The translations under genes and the position numbers were made by a program. A model generated the notes under the pieces. The model was given only the letters and a program-made list of their open reading frames with translations. It did no database searches and was not told the DNA's origin. A stretch of DNA of 62,763 nt, filler included, from Rhabdomonas costata (Eukaryota): NCBI GenBank assembly GCA_019059605.1. It is 27 parts of 27 records of this genome, joined end to end, with 100 filler letters (N's around TTAATTAATTAA, not from the genome) between each part and the next. Parts side by side here need not be neighbours in the genome. Positions count along the whole stretch, not along the records: positions 51,244 to 53,467 come from JAHMHO010004730.1; positions 53,568 to 55,791 come from JAHMHO010004731.1; positions 55,892 to 58,115 come from JAHMHO010004732.1; positions 58,216 to 60,439 come from JAHMHO010004733.1; positions 60,540 to 62,763 come from JAHMHO010004734.1; 22 more parts are not named here. One strand, given 5' to 3'. Of this stretch, positions 51,872-62,763 are shown in pieces. How positions within the stretch are numbered: the first letter of the stretch is position 1; each line of letters opens with the position of its first letter.

Positions 51872-53331
51872 CGAGGGGCACTCGAGTCCCGGTGTCCTCC
51901 TTGGGGATGACATCCGCGACCTCCACGAAGTCAGCGTACTTCACTCCCTTGGAGGCGCAGTGCACCGTGATCTGGCTGTCCTCACGGAGGATGTGGTTCA
52001 CCAGCCACTGAGGCCACACACCCAACACCCATTCCAGCACGCCTCGCAGCCAGAGCTGGTGGCTCCCATTTCCACAGGGCGACAACGAAAGGCCCCAAAG
52101 ACATCTCCGTGCCGTAGCCACATAGCTAAACTGAGCACTCCCTCTCAGAGGTGCCAGCTAAGTTGAGCACTCCCTCTCAAATGTGCCAGGGAGAAAGCAA
52201 ACCGTCGCATTTTGGGCGAACAAGAAAGAAGACAGTCCCCTTCTCAATCAATCCCTACCAATCCCATACAACAGCACCCGCAAGCAAGGGCCCCTGCTTG
52301 CTCCATTCTGAAAAGGAGGACGAAAACAGTCGCAGCACAAAACGGCGGAACAATTGGGTCAGTGTCTTTGGGGACTGGCACCTCTCTTACCACAGATCCG
52401 CGCCGTGTGGTGGCTAAATGCCGTCCCTTCTCCCACGCGCTGGAATCTCCTGTCTTGGGCACAGGGTGGTCGTCGCCTCCATTGCGCCCTCATCTCCCTC
52501 ATCGCGCTCTCGGCTGCTTTTTATCTGATCTTCTTTATCCCTTTTTTATATCATCTGACGCATTCCCTTGCAGCCGTCATTACAACTTGGCATATCTGCA
52601 CCAGCGAGCAGTGGCTGCTGAGATAGCACGGATCCTTGCAAAGAAGAAATCGACGGGAGCACCCTACTCTTTTGTGCATTTCCTGCGTAGGAGTGACCGG
52701 GCGCGCTAAATCTTTCAAGAAGATGAGCCGACGCCTTGTCAATGCCCGAGCTCCTTCGGAGTGTTATGCTTTCGGTGCTCTCGCCGGCAGTGCTCACTCT
52801 TGCTACTGTCACTGTTGAACAATTCGCTGACATGGTGTCTGAGACAGCCGTGCTCGCCGTCATTTTTGCACCCCTCTGCTCTTCTGGCTTGAATCCATCT
52901 TCGTCTGTCTGCTTTATTCTGCACCCGCACATCGACCGACTTGTTCGCAGAGACAGTCCCTTGCTTGGCTGTCCTTTTTGCCTGCATCGTGACCAGTGTG
53001 CGCGCTTTCAATTATGTCTTCTCCACTGTTAAACGCTTCGCGCCCCCAGCGAACGGTGTGCCTCTATTCTTCCGTGATGCTTTTTCCGGCATCGAATACA
53101 CCGTTAATCTTGCTATTCCGCGGTCCTCAGGCTTCGACACAGAAAGCAGCGCACACAAAAAAAGCAGCTCACACATCCATTCAGCCAGACCTCGACCAGA
53201 GCTTGCAGCACGGTCTGGGGCTCCAGCTTGCCTGCTTGGAATTCCTCGAACCACCGCAGCACTTGGTCCGTGAACTGCCGGTGCAGCGGGACGTGCGACG
53301 AGAGCTTGGAGTAGCCCACCGTCTGCATCAG
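51872..53331 (-). CDS. Hemerythrin-domain protein fragment; exons 53331-53191 and 52007-51872
   Basis: LMQTVGYSKLSSHVPLHRQF...LVE|WLVNHILRED contains the LM...Y...HxxxH and WL.NHI..ED iron-ligand motifs; GT-AG intron. Confidence 0.88.
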
Positions 53332-53467
53332 CTGAAAAGCACCCACCACCCCAATGCCCATGTCCCCAAAGTGAGAAAGAAAGAGAAAAAAGAGTGAGAA
53401 CGAGCTGAAAACAGCCACCACCCCAATGCCCATGTCCCCAAAGTGAGAAAGAAAGAGAAAAAACAGC
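53331..53467. repeat. Direct tandem duplication, ~73-bp unit x2
   Basis: CCACCACCCCAATGCCCATGTCCCCAAAGTGAGAAAGAAAGAGAAAAAA occurs twice. Confidence 0.9.
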
Positions 53468-53629
53468 NNNNNNNNNNNNNNNNNNNNNNNNNNNNNNNNN
53501 NNNNNNNNNNNTTAATTAATTAANNNNNNNNNNNNNNNNNNNNNNNNNNNNNNNNNNNNNNNNNNNNGGTTGGTGGTATGGGGTCTCCTCTTGTCTCGCT
53601 GGTCCGCGCACCTGTGTTGTGGTTTTCAG

Positions 53630-54259
53630 TGAAGAAGGGGATGTCCGAAAGGAGCAAGCTCAAGCCCTTCCCGGAGTACAAGGAAGACCCCTACGAATAC
53701 AAGGAGCGGGTACGGCGACGTTCTCCCTGCAGTTTCTTTCTTTTACTACCGTTCGGTCGTCCTTCGTCCTTTTTTTGTGACTAAAGGGCAGTTAATCGGC
53801 CAAACTGACTTTCGTTCCAAAGGAGGGGGTGTCAGGATATCAAGATATCTTCATGTGTCCTCGTCGTCTTGGGCCGCTAAAAAAAAGGCGACACTCATGC
53901 GGAGGGGGGAAACCCCCGGGATATCTTGGAAAATTTTTGTCCGCCCCTCCCTCCCTTAGGACGAATGTCATGGCCCCACTTGGGGCCAAAATCGTTTTCG
54001 GCCGATTACGTCTTAAGTCCCTTTTTTTGCCATAGAATTTTTTCGGGGACAATTATTTAGTTACCTTCGTGATCTTCGCGTATCTGTCTGACTATATATG
54101 ACTTGATCTTTTGCCTTTTAAACATGTGACCGCATCTGTCCTTAGGCGGAGAGGGACAGCAGAGTGAAGAACAAGCCCTCCGTCGTGTGGAAGCCCGTCT
54201 CTGGAGGAAAGAGCCTGGCCATTCGCTCCATCGCGTTCAGCAAGTCCGCAAACTTCTAA
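53630..54259 (+). CDS. CFAP96/C4orf47-like flagellar protein C-terminus; exons 53630-53709 and 54146-54259
   Basis: KPFPEYKEDPYEYKER|AERDSRVKNKPSVVWKPVSGGKSLAIRSIAFSKSANF*. Splicing is well supported; the family name is recalled similarity. Confidence 0.55.
53782..54017. mobile_element. Degenerate intronic MITE (PIF/Harbinger-like ends); related left end at ~39561-39625
   Basis: TAAAGGGCAGTTAATCGGCCAAA...TTTCGGCCGATTACGTCTTAA imperfect TIRs; second copy TTAAGGGCAGTTGATCGGCAAAA...GGAGGG. Confidence 0.45.
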
Positions 54260-54829
54260 ACGCGCCGCCCCCGCAAGAGCGGAGCCGAAGCACTCTCCTT
54301 TTCTTTTTTCATGCTTCCCAGCAGGTCCGCCGAGGTTTCGGCTTGATGGCCTTGTCGTGCTGCGCCGTGGTGCATTGCCCTGTCTGTTCTGTGTGATTGT
54401 GTGGGTGTGAGTACGCCGGCAGGGGGAAGGGGCGCTTCCTCCTGCCGCGGGCTTATCATTCCCTGTTCCTGCACGCCCCTGGCTTGCTCTGCCGGGTATC
54501 GCAGTGCTGGGTACCCCAAGGATGTTTGCCAGTTTGAAGTTGGCTCCACCTGTTGGCTCCACCAAGCATTCGTCCCGTTCACTGTCACTGTGCGTCTGTG
54601 TTTGTGTGTGCTTGAAGCACTCCTTTCTGCCCTTGGAGTTCTCCGCGCACTCCCACATTGTCGTTGTTTGTGTGCATGTGTGGGACAGAGCGCACCCTCT
54701 GTGGCCGTGCGGCATGTTTGTGTTGCGCAAGAGATCTTTTCCCTTGCAATCCGAGCACTGATAATTTGGGAAGTGGTCTCAGTGTCGGCCAAGCTCGAAA
54801 TTGAGCCCATGTAGGTCTCCTGTCCCTAT

Positions 54830-54940
54830 TAGCATAGCTTGGGCCTCTGAAAGCAAGTACTCAGCATGACTGTCCTGATGGCCGCGGATACCTCTGGCGG
54901 AGTTCACCCTGAGGCCGTTTCGTTCACAAAATGGCTGTTT
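54830..54940 (+). mobile_element. Possible remnant of a restriction-like endonuclease (REL) domain of a CRE/R2-type retroelement
   Basis: AWASESKYS*, then frameshifted VLMAADTSGGVHPEAVSFTKWL, resembling the 'K..KY ... ET.GG.HPEA..F' pattern. Confidence 0.4.
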
Positions 54941-56171
54941 CCGACTGCCCTGAACACACGAACACAAACCAAACCTTTTCAAGCATCATTTCGGGGCAGT
55001 GGGCCAGCCGTCCACGGGAAGTACCTCGCCCGGAGTCGAGGCTTGAATCTGACGCGCTCCTGGATAATAGGAACTCATTACCTCAGCGAGCGTGGCGCCG
55101 ACGCCACCGGTGGCAACGGGCACCCCGATGTCACCAGCCCTGGTACGACTCAAGTGGCAATTGCCAAAGGGGATCGGGTAAGACACGAATCAAAGGGAGG
55201 AACTTCCTGAAAAATTCTAGGAGAGGCGCGCGGGCAGACGAAGGAAACAAGAGAGCGGATTGGAAGAAGTGGGGAGAACAAATGCGGTGTCAAAAAGCCG
55301 TGGGAAATCATCATCCGCAGGCTAAAAGAATGGCTCATTTCGAGACGGGTAAACGCAAAATTGGTCCTCTGCCTCCGGCGGTGTGGGCCTTCCGGCCTGA
55401 TGGTTCAGCAGAAGGGGCGTGCCACTGAAAGTCCTGATCCGCGCGGCTTGCTGCCGGGGTGCCGCGCCATCAACGGCAAACCAGCCCCAGCCCCAGCTCC
55501 AGCTCCCGATGTTCGACGGTTTGACGTTGTCCGGATTTTCATGTCGGCCCATTTCCCGCGATTGGAATGAGCTTGCCGGAAGCAATTCTGGCCGGACGTT
55601 CGGACGTGGAAAGGATTTCGATCTCGAATGTGTTCTTCGCAATGTAATATGCAATTGATCTTTTTTTTTTGAAAAACGGCCGACGGTGCCGTTTGGCACT
55701 TGGCTCCGGGCCGTCATGGCCCAGCTGGTTCCGGCGGAGCGCCCCATGATTAATCAAGATGTGCAAGTTAATCAATATATCGCGCCCCGTCNNNNNNNNN
55801 NNNNNNNNNNNNNNNNNNNNNNNNNNNNNNNNNNNTTAATTAATTAANNNNNNNNNNNNNNNNNNNNNNNNNNNNNNNNNNNNNNNNNNNNCCTGCTGAC
55901 AGGTAGCAAGAAACGGAACCTATCCGCGAATTCCTTTGGGCTTTCCAAACAGTATAAGATGGGGGGAGGGGTGAGCTTTAGGATAACGGTGAAGAAATAG
56001 CCGGGCAGAGGCGCGATACTAATGCAACATCGAAATGGATGGGTAGGACCTCCGCACCTCTTTTGTTCTTTTCTTCGTGCCGTGTAGGCGAGCATACTGT
56101 TCCACTCAAAAAGCAAGAAGGAAAAAGATCGAATTGCAACTGAGCGAGGAGGTCCCTCGCTCCAGGACGCA

Positions 56172-57961
56172 CCTTCCGCTCCATCAAGCTGTACTTCTTG
56201 GCCAAAGCGCTCTCACTGGCGATCGCAGCGGACATAGCGGCGACCTCAGCGCCGTTTTGGGCCTTGAGCTTCCGCACGGCAGAGAGCTCTTCCTTCACGC
56301 GCTTACTCTCCTGGCGTGCCCGCACATGCACACACACTCACAGAGCATACAGGCACGCCGGGTGCACCCTACAAGAACCAGAGCCGCCTGAACCCGACCA
56401 AGCGCAAGTCATTACCAAACCCGGACCAACTTCAATTTTTATGGGGTGGTGGTAACATGCTTACCACTACTACTCATCAAGGTGTGGAGAGACGTGTTTT
56501 GGGAATCCACTGGGAGTCCATCTTTGTATTGCAGGGAGTTTAGATGTCCAGAAAAGTGATTCAAGTCCAGGATGCCTTGGGCTGCAAGGGGGGTGGGATG
56601 GGTTGTGCGAGGTAATTTTACTGGCTGGGATTTTACATGGTAATCCACGTGACCCACGCGGCTGCTGATCTCACTGATTACTGATATAAAGGTTAGAGGG
56701 CGATTCACATGACCCGCAGGAGACATCACCTGTCTCGCAGGGGGGTCAGGGCACGTGTTAGCTGGATGAGGCTCTTGTTTTTGATAAGGGGGATTGAAGG
56801 CACTGCACATGCATTTTCACATTTGCAGCCTTTGGTTTGGTTTACCCTTTTCACCCAATTGGCAGTGAAAATCCCATCCCATCCCATCCCATCCCATCCC
56901 ATCCCAGAACAGCACTCCCAATCATGTGACTGCCACTGCTAACAGTATTCCCCCCCTCCAACCTGCTTTGCAGACGACATGAAGGGCATTTGTGGGTGTT
57001 GTGAAAAAGAAAGCTTGTCACCAAGACCTCCTCGATAAGCTTCTGTTTCTCTCGAACACTGCGCCGGGTTGCCAGCTCCTCCACCATGGCGCTGGCGAGC
57101 AGCCGACCCGCGGTCGTTCCGCGAGGGCTCACCTTCACGGATGTTGTGGCTGTTGTTGTTGCCGTCGTCACCGTGGTGAGAGCAGATACGGCAAGGCTGT
57201 TCTGTACGCGATGCCGTAATGCAAAGGGAGCTCCGCATCCCATCAAAAGTCTATTCCAGCATCTGAAATTAACCATCTGAAATTAACACATCATTTGTGG
57301 TAATACGTTCGGTACCATTGCTTCACGGATTCTAACATCACCAAAACTGCTTGATACGCATGCTCGGATGGAGCAGAATTCGTACACGTTCAGCCACACG
57401 CTGCCCACATGCCTCAGAGGATGAAGTGGAGGTGGTCAAGGTCGGCACTGCACTCTGAGAGAAAGCTGCGGCAGATTCTCCACCTCCGCAGCCTACAGAG
57501 TTCGGAAGAGTCCCGTCCAGCTCCGCATCCACGCACGCACGCACCCACGCACACGCAGGTTTCACAAAATAGGCTCTTACCTGTCTCCCAAAAGCAGCCA
57601 CAAGGAGAAAAAAATTAAAGCTAACGATACCCGGGTGCCACATCACTCCACAATTTACAACTTTAAATTGATGGAGCGCTACCTTTGGACTCAACCTTGG
57701 TGTTTAGATATCATCATGCACTCTCACTCACTCACCAATCAGCAATGGTATTTTTGAATTCTCACGCACAGTGAGCAAAGACTGGAAAAAGGAAAAAGGA
57801 AAGGCTGGAAAAAGGCAAGCAACTACGCACACAGGGGCCCCACCTGCAATGGTGCAACTGAGTTGCTGAGTATCAGCAAACGAAGACTCAGTAGTGGCAT
57901 GGGAAACGGGGGAGCTGGCCGAGAAGACCGTGGTCGACGATGAGCTGCAGGCCTCTTGCAA
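56172..57961 (-). CDS. Hypothetical coiled-coil/low-complexity protein fragment, several exons
   Basis: CAG/GT-bounded exons NSLAVSAL...KQKLIEE and ESKRVKEELSAVRKLK...LMERK. Confidence 0.55.
56871..56905. repeat. (ATCCC)n microsatellite; related (GGGAT/GGGAC)n at ~48173-48210
   Basis: Seven ATCCC units visible. Confidence 0.92.
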
Positions 57962-58215
57962 AGGGGACGCCTATAAAAGAGACAAGCAAGCATAGCTCAT
58001 TTCCAACCATCCTCTCCTTCCAGGAAGTCTTGATTTCATGAATGCTTTGGTCGGTTTCTCAAATTTAATTCTCAGCTTGAAAACGAGAATATAGAATTTG
58101 AGAAACCCACCAAAANNNNNNNNNNNNNNNNNNNNNNNNNNNNNNNNNNNNNNNNNNNNTTAATTAATTAANNNNNNNNNNNNNNNNNNNNNNNNNNNNN
58201 NNNNNNNNNNNNNNN

Positions 58216-58444
58216 TGTTGTGGGGGGGGCCGCCTCGGCGCCTGCGGCATCCTTCGGAGGCTTTGCCTTCGGGGCCTCCAGCGGGGGCAACTTTGGCGGG
58301 TTTTCGTTTGGGGGGTCTGCTGGGGCCCCCACGACGAGTCCCTCGCCGACGCCCAGCCCGCCCGGGGCACAGGGAGATCTCTTCAACATCGGCGCCACCC
58401 AGAGCAATGCCAGGCGCAAGTTGCGAGTGAAGAAGGGCAAGTGA
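58216..58444 (+). CDS. FG-repeat nucleoporin C-terminus (Nup1/Nup153/POM121-like basic tail)
   Basis: SFGGFAFG, NFGGFSFGG, then FNIGATQSNARRKLRVKKGK*. Confidence 0.75.
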
Positions 58445-59304
58445 GCAGAAAACGCAAGAGTTGCATGGGCTTTTCTTGCCATGGCTGTTTGTTGGTGCAA
58501 AGCTGTGGATGTTGCAGTCATTTATAGGAAGCATTAGCGGTTTCTGGAGAGGGAAGGAATGGCAAGTGGAGGGGCCTTCTTATGTGATGGACGCTCCTTT
58601 ATGTTGGTCACAATACTGCCTTTTTTTGGCGTTTCTACCTGAGGTGCTGCAAAGTGATAGTTTGTTGAGGAGACTTAAAGCCGCTTTCCATTCGCATATT
58701 CGCATGTGCGTGGTTGAGTTGAACAAAGTCCTGCACGACCATCCGAAGAAAAAGCCGCAAGCCACTGGACAATTCTTTTGGGTAGCCACCCAATCGGGGC
58801 TCATCTAGAGCATTTACTGAATTGTTTCTGAGCTGCTCTAATGATAACGTGGAGCCGGTTATGCAGAAAACGGTAGATTTTCCACTGTACACGTTTGTAG
58901 CGATATTGCTGGGAGATTTCGCACATGGCCAAATTTTTGTCTTGGTGAGATGACGACGATTTTGCACACTCAAAAACCATTCTAAACGATTAATGAAGGG
59001 GCACAAAACTTTCTCGTGCAAACCGGTGGGTTGGAAAATTCGTCTTCTAAAATGTCACATGAAAATCTCGGGGTCATTATCTCGGGGCTGGTGCTCTTGC
59101 CCTGAGCCCACTTGCTCATCCTGTCCTTCATGTCGTTTATGCGCGTGTCGTGCTTTTAGAATACTGTTGAAATTGCCTTCCGGACTGGTTGGTTTGTAAC
59201 GGGTATCGAATTTCTTTCCCGCAGTTTTTTATTTCAATTTTGCATGGGGATGATCACGTTGAGGTAGTTCACTTCAACAGTTGTGTGTTCGTGTGTGAAC
59301 GAAA

Positions 59305-60092
59305 ATGTCGTCGGATGTTCTGGAAACCGAGCTCACCTATGCCGCGGAGATCGAGGCGGGTACGCACCCCCCCTCCCTTCTCAAGTGAAACGTGCACGAG
59401 ATATTGCTCTTTGACAGTGCACGGCAAACTTTCAAGAAGCAAATCAGCGCCCCCTTTTGTGCCCGTTTGCCTGTGACCGGTTATAAGCGTTTTCAGTGTT
59501 GGAAGGGGCTTACCGTACTTTCTCCTCAAGTATGTGGCTTCAGTTTGCAACTAATTCGGGATTCCAATAACTCAGCTCTTTGGGAAGGGAAATGTGGTGA
59601 GACCGCTTCACCGCTTTACTTTGAAGCTGTCCTGTGTACAATCCTAATTCTGCTCTGTTTGCCTGGAATGCCTTCTCCTAACGGGAGCTGTCCTAACCCT
59701 AACCCTTACCCGAACCCGTCCAGCCCGCTCTGGTAGGGGCTATACCGTGCAGCTTGCGGCTTGTGGGTGATGCTGCATCAGGTTCCTTCGCTTCGCTAGG
59801 GCTAGTTCTCACATGGCCTGGCAGAGTTTACATGAAATGTTCTCACTATATACTTAAGGAGAGGTTGCTGTCCTCGTCCGTGGGCTGCACAGGAGAACGG
59901 CAGGCGCAAACTGAAAACAACAAACTCTCAGGTCGGCTGTACTTTGTGTGCGTGCATGGGAACCCCGCGCCCACCCCGGCGCGGCACTTTTTCACGGTGC
60001 CGCTAGAGTACACCCCGCTGGAGGCGGACTTTGGGCCGGTGGATATTTCCGTAGTGGTGTCGTTCTGCCGCACGGTGAAAGCCATGCTGAAG
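59305..60092 (+). CDS. CDC14: Cdc14-family dual-specificity phosphatase N-terminus; exons 59305-59359 and 59932-60092
   Basis: MSSDVLETELTYAAEIEA|GRLYF...HFFTVPLEYTPLEADFGPVDISVVVSFCR..KAMLK matches the Cdc14 DSPn domain; phase-1 GT-AG intron. Confidence 0.85.
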
Positions 60093-60331
60093 GTGAGCGT
60101 GTGTTCGTGCGTGCATCCGCACGCATCGCGCACACAGCGGGCGGTCTGGTGCTTTGGGGAGGGGTGCAAACCGTTGTTAATGTTCTTTTATATCATAACA
60201 TTCCGTACGAATTGAGATTGTTAGTCGGCAACTTGAAAACGGACGGGATAAGAGATGCAGGTTTGCGTAGCCCCCCAGAAAGAAAATGAGAAAATAGCGA
60301 GCACCAAGACCATGGGCGAGAAAATGCGGCT

Positions 60332-60437
60332 TTTTGAGGTGACCTTCAATTCAGCGCCCACCGCTGAGAAACAATTTGTAACCAGTTCAGTAAAATGTTT
60401 CTCAGCGGTGGGCGCTGAATTGAAGGTCACCCCAAAA
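60332..60437. repeat. Long palindrome with perfect 36-bp arms and 22-nt loop, in a Cdc14 intron
   Basis: GGTGACCTTCAATTCAGCGCCCACCGCTGAGAAACA (60338-60373) with its reverse complement at 60396-60431. Confidence 0.92.
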
Positions 60438-60539
60438 CCNNNNNNNNNNNNNNNNNNNNNNNNNNNNNNNNNNNNNNNNNNNNTTAATTAATTAANNNNN
60501 NNNNNNNNNNNNNNNNNNNNNNNNNNNNNNNNNNNNNNN

Positions 60540-62763
60540 GTTGGGTTGGGGAAGTTTGGATTGACACGTTGACACAAGCCATATGACACCACGCTCTCTC
60601 CTCCACACGTCCACAATATCCAAACCTCCACCGCATAAAGCCTCCTCTGAGATGAAGAACTCCTCTTGGTATATGCTTCTCCAGTAACTCCTGAAAACGA
60701 TACAACAAGAAATGACTCTCCAGCTCACTCTCAAGAAAGAAATGATATCGACTGCTCCGCCACCACATGTCTGGCTCAACTCTGAATATCCTTCTGCTGC
60801 ACACCCGCACTCTCAGGCTCCGTAACGTCTCAATCCAAACTTCCCCAAGCTCCATTCACATCCTCTATTGTTACACCACCCACTCAACTTCTTTACCGAC
60901 CACGTAAGAAAACAATGTCGGCCACCTTGGCGGGGTCTCAGCTCCACCTTATCTGACAAATAGAGCTTACATCCTCTCAACCACCTCCGCACTGTACGGC
61001 AGCCTTCCAGCCACCACTCAGCGCCTCCATGAACCGGACGGGCTCCGCCCCACTGACTACGGCCTCCCGCTTCTTCCCTCTCAGCCCCTGGCGCCTCCAC
61101 CAGTTTCGCTAAAATTCAACCTTATTGCGATATCCCTCAACTCGTCGAAAACCTTGACTAGGGTATGCTGCACGCCCAGAAGGTTTATCTTGAACGACAC
61201 TTCCAGAGTCATTGGTTCCCACTGTGCGTCCGTCGTCCGACTCGGCAAATCAACCTCCACGTTCACCACCGTCTTCTCTGAACAAGTGAGTGAAACCTGC
61301 GGCACCTTCGGCTCAATAAACCTCACCTGCACAAGCTCTGCGTCTGGTGCGAACCTTGTTTCCTTCAGTACCGAACCCACGAGTTTGTCTGAACTTGCTT
61401 TCGAGTATACCAGCGGTAAACGGCCTGCCACACACAGTGCCTGCGATGATGCTGTCTCTTCAAAGTATTGCCTCTGCTCTGGGTTTACTTACTGACTTCG
61501 CGCTTGCCCCTGATCAAAGTCCGAGCGTGTCCTCGACCCACCAAGTGTTGGCTGACCCGCTGCTCGCGGGGTCTGCACTGGAGTTGTATTTCCACTACTC
61601 AGCTCTTCTTCCAGGTCACCTTCTTCACTTTCTTCGACCGCATACTTGCTCACCACACAACATTTCTCCTTGTATCTCTGGCCTACCGCTTGATCCAAAA
61701 ACCACGGCGAGGCCAAATTGCCCCAACAATTTCCTTCTTGCTCGACTGAAAACACCATTCCACCACTCTCGGGCACAAACCCTTGGTCAATACTCTTGGG
61801 CTCAATGTTGCGGGTTGGAGTCGCACCACTTCCAACCCTCTTCAGTTTGGGATTTCATTCTTGACATGGAGAGTTTCACCGTCCTGAAACTGTGTACTCC
61901 TTGACAAAGTCGTTGGTGCGGACTGCCGCGCTATCGACCTGAATTCCGGGCAATACTTCATTAAATGGCCTTGTGACCCGCAGTAAAAACACATCAGCGC
62001 CCCCCATTGCACCGCGTCGTCCAAGGGCGATTGTGCAAACTGGCTTTTCCACTCCAACCTAAGGGTATTTTTTGTCGCGGGTGACCTATGCGAGATAGAC
62101 CTCTGTCCCACCACCGGTCTACCCCTACTCTTGATCTGTCTCTAACCGGTGAAACGGCTCCTGGAAATCCTCCTCTTCCTCTACTCAAGGTACACTCTGG
62201 TCGTTGGTGATGTGGGTCCAGGTGACGGGGTCCTAACTGTGTTGGCTTGCGCCTCTCAACGTTCCACAAACAGCACCCCTCTGGGAGGCGACGCCATCGC
62301 CCCCAGCAATGTTCCTGAAGTCATGGCGTCCCAACCCTCGTCAACAGATATACCACTCAGGCCCCTCGAATTTGCACTGACCACCCCCGCACTCTCTGAA
62401 CCGTGTGATTGAATTCGAGAGGGCGGTTGGTCAAAGTACCGCGCCACTCCAAACGGCTAGTTGCAGTATCTCATGAATCCAGCTCCATTACTGTCGGTTT
62501 CGCTGTCGCTTTCTCTGCTGGCAGCGCAACAATAATGACCTTTGGTGGCGCTTTGGGTTTCCTGTGGAATTCACAGGCTTTTTCAACGTTTTCCTGCAAA
62601 ATCAAAAGTTTTTTCGTCATCAGCTCTGCCTTTATGTCTGTATTCAACCCTTGAATGAAAAGGTACCTCAAGTGCATCATGAACAAAAGGCAACCTCTCA
62701 GTAGCTTGGATCCCAGAGTGAACTGATGCACGAAAAACTGAAAGTTTTTATCAACCCCACACA
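60540..62763 (-). mobile_element. Degenerate LTR retrotransposon (Ty3/gypsy-like gag region)
   Basis: Gag-like LFIQGLNTDIKAELM and CCHC zinc knuckle CFYCGSQGHLMKYC (~61950-61992). Intronless ORF pieces are broken by stops and frameshifts; no RT or LTR seen. Confidence 0.65.

Noticed and set aside
59832..59931. Apparent 72-nt non-canonical intron giving MKCSHYILK-GRLYF in Cdc14
   Set aside because: A canonical phase-1 first exon at 59305-59359 (AAEIEA|GRLYF) explains the gene with a GT-AG intron.
2228..60539. Regularly spaced TTAATTAATTAA repeats as a CRISPR-like or programmed-rearrangement array, or gene neighbourhoods across them as a cluster
   Set aside because: The motif is embedded in fixed N-runs and separates length-sorted contigs, so it is a bioinformatic linker. 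ORFs ending in X...LIN are artefacts.
1..62763. SL RNA, snRNA, rRNA or snoRNA genes
   Set aside because: I found no euglenid, diplonemid or kinetoplastid SL exon, rRNA motif or well-spaced box C/D pair by eye. A covariance-model search is needed to exclude them.

Overview
This window is not one locus. It is an artificial concatenation of 27 unrelated, length-sorted contigs of about 2.22 kb, joined by 26 identical 100-bp spacers (N44-TTAATTAATTAA-N44), so adjacency across spacers means nothing biologically. Contigs start G/T-rich and end C/A-rich, which looks like whole-genome-amplification primer remnants. The DNA is from an intron-dense eukaryote with GT-AG and several GC-AG introns and micro-exons. 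By inference it is probably a euglenozoan, euglenid-like (kinetoplastid-type CAMK, EF-hand and DUF3638-family proteins, HAMP-adenylate cyclase, TTAGGG-type repeats). Most listed ORFs are spurious. Gene fragments recognised by manual splicing: DUF3638/3645-type giant protein, HAMP-adenylate cyclase, intronless DxD glycosyltransferase-like protein, two protein kinases, ICME-like esterase, PMCA Ca2+-ATPase, Kelch protein, KIN17, two ankyrin proteins, VIT/vWA5A-like, BRCT, EF-hand, hemerythrin, CFAP96-like, FG-nucleoporin and Cdc14. Also present are LINE, CRE-like and LTR retrotransposon remnants, MITE-like palindromes and microsatellites. I found no convincing new multi-gene system. The best leads are (i) a probable GA-AG intron in a kinase catalytic loop, with a second G|GAAGC candidate, (ii) two incomplete genes whose introns run into each other on opposite strands, and (iii) genes lacking conserved internal blocks. 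Amplification or assembly artefacts must be excluded for all three. Protein identifications come from motif recognition only; no database search was run.
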